Shown here: piece by piece, positions 56,543 to 64,000 of the stretch | Layout of the letters: every line of letters begins with the position of its first letter | How positions within the stretch are numbered: the stretch's first letter is position 1 | Assembly (NCBI GenBank): GCA_963841435.1 | Contig: CAWJCS010000004.1 | Location: forward strand, 576,001 to 640,000 | Length of the DNA stretch: 64,000 bases | Reading direction: 5' to 3' | Source of the DNA: an uncultured delta proteobacterium | GTDB lineage: Bacteria > Myxococcota_A > Polyangia > Polyangiales > Polyangiaceae | Notes under the pieces: model-generated | Databases searched by the model: none | Told to the model about the DNA's origin: nothing | The model's input: the letters and a program-made list of their open reading frames with translations, nothing else | Position numbers and translations under genes: made by a program

Positions 56543-57751
56543 GTGCCCTCGTCGATCCTGCCGCGCTTCGACTTCCGAGCCGAGTTTGCCCTCGCGGGCG
56601 ACACGGGCTCGCGCCGCGACCACTACGAGGACGCCGCGCTGCTCGCGCCAGAAGTGGCGATGTTCGCGGTCGCCGACGGCATGGGCGGTCACCAGGCGGG
56701 AGAGGTCGCCGCCAAGCTCGCCGTCGACACGGCGCGCCGCAGCTTGTCGGGGCGCGACGCCCAGCGCACGATCGAGAGCTACGTCTCGCGCGCTGACCTC
56801 GAATCGCGGCGCGCCGTCTACGCGTGTCTGCGCGCGACGTTTCTCGAGGCGAACCGTGTCGTGCGAGAGGACGCCGAGCGCACCCCCGAACGTCTTCACA
56901 TGGGAGCGACGCTCGACCTGGTTTGGCTGGCGCGCGGCAACGCGTTCGTGGCACACGCGGGAGACGGTCGTGTGTATCTCGCTCGCTCGCGTGCGATGAT
57001 CCTGCTCACTCAAGATCATTCGCACGCCGCCGCGCAGCGCGGGACCAACCCGGGCCACGCGCGCAGCGCCGGAATCACGAACGCCATCGGGCTCGCGGAC
57101 GTGCTCACCGTCGATACGCTGTTCGTCGATCTGAACCGTGGGGATCGCCTCTTGCTCTGCAGCGACGGCGTGCACGGCCAGGTGACGGACGAGGCCGAGA
57201 TCGGCGAGCTCTTGCGCGTCGGCAACCCCGAAGGGAGCGCGCGGGCCCTCGTGGCCCGAGCCGGCCAGCACGGTCGGGACAACGCGACGGCCGTCGTGAT
57301 CGAGATCGGAGAGCGTTTCGTGAGGCGTACCGATCGCGATCGGGGGCTCGTCGCCGAAGATCTGGAGCGAGCACTGCAGAGCCCGCTGCTCGTCGATCTG
57401 CCGCAGTCGTTTGCGCTGAGCACGCTTGCCGCCGCCGTCGAAGTCGAGCTCGCCGCCGGAGAAACATTGCCGCGTCTCGTCACCAACGATCTCGTGTCGT
57501 ACATCGTGCTCGACGGCGTGCTGCGCTATCCCGACTCGGAGCGCACCATCGGTGCGGGCGCGCTCGTCTTCCCGGAGTCGCTCGTCGGGATTGCCGCGCA
57601 GGAAGAGCCGCCGCGCGCGGCCCAGACGGCACGCCTCCTGCGCCTGCGCGCCGACGACTTCTCGGAGATCTGCGCCGACCCGCGCCTCGCAGCCGAGCTC
57701 TATCGCCGCCTCGCGGCCCACCTCGCTCGTCTATCGCTCCGGGCTCGCTGA
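56543..57751 (+). CDS. PP2C Ser/Thr phosphatase fused to a C-terminal cNMP-binding-like domain
   Basis: R...ED, VADGMGGH..GEVAA, AHAGD.R.Y, LLCSDG, GRDNAT; YIVLDG...FPE..L, TARLLRL. Confidence 0.88.
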   Translation: MPSSILPRFDFRAEFALAGDTGSRRDHYEDAALLAPEVAMFAVADGMGGHQAGEVAAKLAVDTARRSLSGRDAQRTIESYVSRADLESRRAVYACLRATFLEANRVVREDAERTPERLHMGATLDLVWLARGNAFVAHAGDGRVYLARSRAMILLTQDHSHAAAQRGTNPGHARSAGITNAIGLADVLTVDTLFVDLNRGDRLLLCSDGVHGQVTDEAEIGELLRVGNPEGSARALVARAGQHGRDNATAVVIEIGERFVRRTDRDRGLVAEDLERALQSPLLVDLPQSFALSTLAAAVEVELAAGETLPRLVTNDLVSYIVLDGVLRYPDSERTIGAGALVFPESLVGIAAQEEPPRAAQTARLLRLRADDFSEICADPRLAAELYRRLAAHLARLSLRAR

Positions 57752-57922
57752 GCGTTCGGACGGGGTTCGCCGAGCGGTGGCGTCGTGAAATTCCGTCGGC
57801 GCGGATCGGACCCGGATCAGCTGGCGGCCGGCGAGTCGCCGGGGCCGAAGGAATGGCATAGTCCTTCGCCCCGTCCGCCTCGCCGGGCGGTGAGCCTAGG
57901 CCGCTGAAATGGCGAATTCGAC

Positions 57923-60058
<2,136 letters not shown>

Positions 60059-60194
60059 CGGCTTCCCGCGGCCGGGATTGCTCGGGAGAACGGCGTTCTT
60101 TCGCCCCGTGGGGCCGCGGCCGCCTGCTGGGTGCCGCGGGGCGTGGACGGCGCTTCGCCGAGTGCGGGGGGTTCGAAGCCCGTGCCGATGGCGC

Positions 60195-60222
60195 TTGCAT
60201 TCGGCCGCGAAGCGACTAGGTT
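60195..60222 (+). promoter_or_regulatory. Possible sigma70 promoter for tRNA-Pro (TTGCAT-N16-TAGGTT)
   Basis: Partial consensus match about 43 nt upstream of the tRNA. Confidence 0.35.
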
Positions 60223-60265
60223 CCGCCCTGTCATTCGCCCGGGCTTGCCTTGGCGACGGTCGGTT

Positions 60266-60343
60266 CGGGGCGTAGCGCAGCCTGGTTAGCGCACTAGACT
60301 GGGGGTCTAGGGGTCGCCGGTTCGAATCCGGCCGCCCCGACCA
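60266..60343 (+). tRNA. tRNA-Pro(GGG)
   Basis: CGGGGCGTAGCGCAGCCTGGTTAGCGCACTAGACT-GGG-GGTCTAGGGGTCGCCGGTTCGAATCCGGCCGCCCCGACCA; CCA encoded. Confidence 0.97.
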
Positions 60344-60450
60344 ATTGGCACCCCGGTTCGACGCCGGGCCTTGCCCGCTCTGCGGGCTTCCCACCTCGGG
60401 CGGGCTAAGATGCCGGGATGGCTTGGGTGCGAGGTTCGGATTGGCGTGCG

Positions 60451-61656
60451 ATGCGTGGGGCGCTCGTCGGCTTGGTGGTCGTGGTGGCGTGTGGGGGTCG
60501 CAGCATCCGCTACGACGGCGAGGAGAGCGCGGGTGATACGGGCGGCGGCACCGGTGGTTCCGGAGTCGGAGGAGGCGGCGGACGGGGCGGCAGCGTCACG
60601 ACCGGCGGTAGCGGCGGACGGGGCGGGAGCGTCGCGACCGGCGGTGGCGGTGGGACCACGGGTGGCGTTGGAGGCGCGACGGGCGGCGTCGGAGGCGCGG
60701 GCGCCATCGGCGGCGTTGGCGGCGACGCGATGGGAGCGCAAGGTGGCAGCGGCGTCGCAGGTAGCCCCTGCGTGCCGAACCGCTGCGAGCACAATGGGCG
60801 GTGCTTCGATGGACTCTGCGACTGCTCGGGAACGGGCTACGAAGGCTCCTTCTGCGATAGCGACGTTGACGAGTGCGTTTTCGACAACGGGGGCTGCGAT
60901 CCCCTGACGAAGTGCACGAACGTTCCTGGGAGCCGCGTTTGCGGCCCGTGCCCGCCCGGCTTCGACGGCACGGGCGAGAGCGGCTGCAAGATGTCGAACC
61001 CGTGCGACCCCAACCCCTGCCAAAACCAGGGAGCCTGCGGGATTAGCGCAGGCAGCTTCGTCTGCAAGTGCGTGCCACCGTGGGACGGACCGACCTGCGA
61101 GTCTCCGCTCACCAGGGTCACGATCGGCGTCTCGGATCGCGGCTGGTGGAATCAGAGCGGTCAACACACGACCGGATTGCAAAATACCCTGACGGGTTAC
61201 TGCGGAACGTGCGGCTTCGCGGTCGTCTACAATTCTTTTTTCGTGTTCTATCTGCCGGTGTGGGCGGGTACGCTCACGAGCGCGACGCTGATGCTCGAGC
61301 ACGAGCAATATCAGAGCCCTGACTCGACCGAAGCGTTCTCGGTGTGGGACGTCTCGACGCCGCTCTCGACGTTGCTCGGCACGTCTACCGGCAATACGGC
61401 TCCGTACGAAGATCTGATGGAGGGGATCCCCTACGGCAAGTTCGTGGCGACGGCTCAGACGGTCGGTACCGTGCTCTCGATCGAATTGTCGCCTGACGCC
61501 GTGAAAGGGATTGCCGCGTCGCAGGGGAGCTCCTTTGCCCTCGGCATCCACGAGGACTCGTACTCGGGAATCGGCGCGGGTATCGACGAATGGGCGCGCT
61601 TCAGCTTCGACAACGAAACGCGCGTGCAGCAGCTGTTGCTCACCATCGCGCCCTGA
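60451..61656 (+). CDS. Lipoprotein with Gly-rich linker, three EGF-like domains and a C-terminal beta-sandwich
   Basis: Lipobox VVAC; CxPNxCxxxGxC..CxCxxxGxxC; Ca-binding EGF DVDEC...CTNVPGS..C.PCPPGF.G.G. Confidence 0.85.
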   Translation: MRGALVGLVVVVACGGRSIRYDGEESAGDTGGGTGGSGVGGGGGRGGSVTTGGSGGRGGSVATGGGGGTTGGVGGATGGVGGAGAIGGVGGDAMGAQGGSGVAGSPCVPNRCEHNGRCFDGLCDCSGTGYEGSFCDSDVDECVFDNGGCDPLTKCTNVPGSRVCGPCPPGFDGTGESGCKMSNPCDPNPCQNQGACGISAGSFVCKCVPPWDGPTCESPLTRVTIGVSDRGWWNQSGQHTTGLQNTLTGYCGTCGFAVVYNSFFVFYLPVWAGTLTSATLMLEHEQYQSPDSTEAFSVWDVSTPLSTLLGTSTGNTAPYEDLMEGIPYGKFVATAQTVGTVLSIELSPDAVKGIAASQGSSFALGIHEDSYSGIGAGIDEWARFSFDNETRVQQLLLTIAP

Positions 61657-61684
61657 GCGGCGCGCGTCGCGGGAGCTTTGCCGG

Positions 61685-62824
61685 TCAGGGGCAGCCGATG
61701 CGCTCGGTGGCCACCGCAACGTCGTCGTACCACATCGTGCGCGACGGACCGTGGAACTCGAGGAAGCCGAAGACGAACGTCTGGTAGGTGAGAGCGGTCC
61801 AGCCCGACTTGTCGATCACGGGGGTGCCGTCCGAAAACACCTGGATGTGGCCGTTCGGCCCGTCGAAGAACGCTTCGGCGCAGTGCCAGGTGTCCTTCGC
61901 GAGCAGCACGCCCCCGGAGCCGCAGGCCATCGTGCCGCCGATCGAGGTGACGACGTCGTCATGGAGATTCATGACGACCTGGCAGTATTGCTCCGCGACT
62001 TCCATCAGGTCGCCGCTGTTCTGATCGCCCGTGCCGGTGGTCGCGCCGAAGAAGGCGTTGTGCTCGGACTGGCCGAGGTCGACGTCGCTGCGAACGTAGA
62101 GGCGCACCCAGAAGCTCGGCGCGGGTGCTGGCACGGAGAGAAGCCGGTAGCTGTAGCCGTCCAAGCCCGTCGGCTTGACCATGAACGAGTGGCTGCCGCC
62201 GTGCGCCACGGTGTCGTCGATCGCGACGAAGTCTGCCCATTGCGCGGCCTGGTAGGTTGGTTGGTAGGAGCTGCCGGCGGGCAATCCCGTGCCTTCGAAA
62301 TCGGCGCAAAAGCTCGCTGTGCTGGGGCAAGTGGTGGCGGCGCCACCCGTGCCGCTCGTTCCGGCGGCGCCGCTCGTCCCGGCCGAGGCGCCTGCGTCGC
62401 CGCCGCTGCCCCCGATGCCCGCGTCGCCGCCCATCGCCAAAGCGCCCCCGAGCCCCGCGTCGCCGGCGATGCCACCCTGGCCCGCCGTGCCCGCGTCGCC
62501 GCCGCTGCCCGCGTCGCCGCCGCCGCCAGCACCCGCCATGCCCGCCGCGCCGCCCGCCGGAGCGCCTCCCGCCGCTGCGAAACCGCCGGCACCGGCCGTG
62601 CCGCCCACGCCGCTCGTCGCGGCGGCTCCGCCGCTGCCGACGCCTGCACCGCCTGCCGTTGCTCCCGAGCCACTCGCTCCACCGCTCCCGGCTGCGGCGC
62701 CTGCGCCCGTGCCGCCCGTCCCCGGCTCGCCGCTCGGCGTCCCCGCCGAGCACGCGCCGAGCACGACGATGACTCCAAGGTGTAGCGCTCCGAGCGCTGG
62801 GTGGAAGGTTTGGCCGCGAAGCAA
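61685..62824 (-). CDS. Lipoprotein with Gly/Ala linker and Cip1/polysaccharide-lyase-like beta-sandwich domain
   Basis: Lipobox LGAC; FCADFE, AHGGSHS, FWVRLYV, WHCAE, MWYDDVAV..ERIGC. Start uncertain. Confidence 0.65.
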   Translation of the reverse strand: MLRGQTFHPALGALHLGVIVVLGACSAGTPSGEPGTGGTGAGAAAGSGGASGSGATAGGAGVGSGGAAATSGVGGTAGAGGFAAAGGAPAGGAAGMAGAGGGGDAGSGGDAGTAGQGGIAGDAGLGGALAMGGDAGIGGSGGDAGASAGTSGAAGTSGTGGAATTCPSTASFCADFEGTGLPAGSSYQPTYQAAQWADFVAIDDTVAHGGSHSFMVKPTGLDGYSYRLLSVPAPAPSFWVRLYVRSDVDLGQSEHNAFFGATTGTGDQNSGDLMEVAEQYCQVVMNLHDDVVTSIGGTMACGSGGVLLAKDTWHCAEAFFDGPNGHIQVFSDGTPVIDKSGWTALTYQTFVFGFLEFHGPSRTMWYDDVAVATERIGCP

Positions 62825-62899
62825 GAAGCCGCAAGCTTAGCAAACGCTCGCGGCGCGCGCTCGCTCGGCGCCGCCCCCTTGCAGCCCATTCGCTGCGCC

Positions 62900-63625
62900 C
62901 TAGCCGGAAAGATCGACCACGCCGCGAAGCACGACCGGGCACGATTCCGTCCCCGTCTTTTCGTCGTACTGTTGGTGGTAGTCCTCTGCCTTGTAGAAGG
63001 AGCCGATCGCGCCGATCTCGGTCGTGATGGGCTTTCTGAGCTGCCCCTGCTCCGCTTTGCGCGAGCGCTCGGCTGTCGCCTTCTGTGCGTCGGAAAACGT
63101 GAAGATGGCGCTGCGGTATTGATCGCCAAAGTCGGGGCCCTGCCGATCCTTCGTCGTCGGATCGTGCGTCGCCCAGAAGACCTCGAGCAGCTTTTCGTAC
63201 TTCACGCGCTTCGGGTCGAACTCGACGAGCACCGTCTCCGCGTGGCCCGTCGTGTGCGTGCACACTGCTTCGTAGGTCGGGTTCTTGGTGCGGCCGCCCG
63301 TGTAGCCCACGGCCGTCGCGACGACGCCGGGGACGTGGCGGAACGTGTTCTCAGAGCCCCAGAAGCAGCCTTCGGCGAACGCCGCGAGCTCGTTTCCCGC
63401 TCGCGGCGTCAGTGGCGTGCCCATGCCGGCGTGCCCGGGATCGGTGCCGACCTTGGTTTTTGCAGGCATGGCCGTCTTCGCGTCGGCGGCGCCCGCGGGT
63501 GCAGCCGGGCCAGCCGCATGAGCCGTGGACGCGCGCGGCTCCGGTGCCTGCGATTGCCGCGACTGGCATGCCGCGACGGTCGTGGTGAAGAGGGCGAAAA
63601 CCAGGGTTTCGAACGAGCGGGCCAT
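62900..63625 (-). CDS. msrA: Peptide methionine sulfoxide reductase MsrA with lipoprotein signal
   Basis: GCFWG, GYTGG..NPTY..VC...TGHAE, HDPT...RQGPD.G.QYRSAIF, AEDYHQQY; N-terminal VAAC lipobox. Confidence 0.94.
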   Translation of the reverse strand: MARSFETLVFALFTTTVAACQSRQSQAPEPRASTAHAAGPAAPAGAADAKTAMPAKTKVGTDPGHAGMGTPLTPRAGNELAAFAEGCFWGSENTFRHVPGVVATAVGYTGGRTKNPTYEAVCTHTTGHAETVLVEFDPKRVKYEKLLEVFWATHDPTTKDRQGPDFGDQYRSAIFTFSDAQKATAERSRKAEQGQLRKPITTEIGAIGSFYKAEDYHQQYDEKTGTESCPVVLRGVVDLSG

Positions 63626-63748
63626 ACTCTTCGTACGGAAGTGGAGGGGGGTGGTTTCACCGAGTTCGAACCGGCGGCGCTCGCTCGGTGAGCCGCGAAG
63701 CCTCCGTGGCGGTTCGTAGTGCTCGTGAGCTTCTCGGGGCACGTCCAC

Positions 63749-64000
63749 ATGGTTCGCGCAGCGTTCGCTCTTATGACGCTTTCATTGGGGTGCAGCACGG
63801 ATACCGGGCCTTTGACGGCTCAAGGGGGGGTGGGGGCTGGGGCCGGAACGGCTGGTAGCGCCGGGCTCGGCGGCGCCGGCGGCGGATCAGCGCCCGGAAA
63901 GGGCGGTACGGACGCGGGTGTCGCCGGAACGGCGGCGCTCGGCGCGACGGCCGGCGGGGGGAGCGGTGGGGGTGCAGCTTCGCCAGGGGCGGCTGGTGCG
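63749..64000 (+). CDS. Gly-rich lipoprotein, 5' part only (truncated by window end)
   Basis: MVRAAFALMTLSLGC lipobox then an open Gly/Ala-rich frame to the window end. Confidence 0.6.
   Translation, partial: MVRAAFALMTLSLGCSTDTGPLTAQGGVGAGAGTAGSAGLGGAGGGSAPGKGGTDAGVAGTAALGATAGGGSGGGAASPGAAGA

Noticed and set aside
55766-57721. 886-aa ORF 55061-57721 as a large CRP fusion
   Set aside because: Upstream part overlaps tsaB out of frame and is antisense to the PP2C gene; only 55061-55765 looks coding.

Overview
Very GC-rich bacterial chromosomal segment. Gene content (RpoH-family and ECF sigma factors, eukaryote-like Ser/Thr kinases, PP2C-cNMP phosphatase, Tgl/PilF pilotin, many Gly/Ser-rich and Cys-rich lipoproteins) points to Myxococcota, probably Polyangiaceae/Sorangiineae (inference). 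Core genes: rnpB, IscA/ErpA, hisF, xerC, D-cysteine desulfhydrase family, biotin carrier, tRNA-Val(CAC), engB, murJ, recO, rodZ-like, tgl, CRP-family regulator, tsaB, tRNA-Pro(GGG), msrA. The accessory block at about 12.4-30 kb looks like a surface-glycan modification locus: pyruvyl transferase, Wzx flippase, two GT-C-like membrane proteins, a 2OG-Fe(II) dioxygenase-Rieske fusion and two arylsulfotransferases. Nested in it is the best candidate for an undescribed system, a tightly coupled six-gene operon (15509-19848, minus strand). A DUF4266 lipoprotein and a DUF3570 beta-barrel sit between two paralogous copies of a two-gene module (CX4CH lipoprotein + CxxCH Reeler-like protein), and the usual ApbE/thioredoxin partners are not seen in the window. 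Also notable: an expansin-tipped Cys-rich lipoprotein, a degenerate histidine kinase, an 84-codon GAC/GAG tract, and five single-base reading-frame lesions that may be assembly errors. All family assignments are from motif recognition by eye; no database searches were run.
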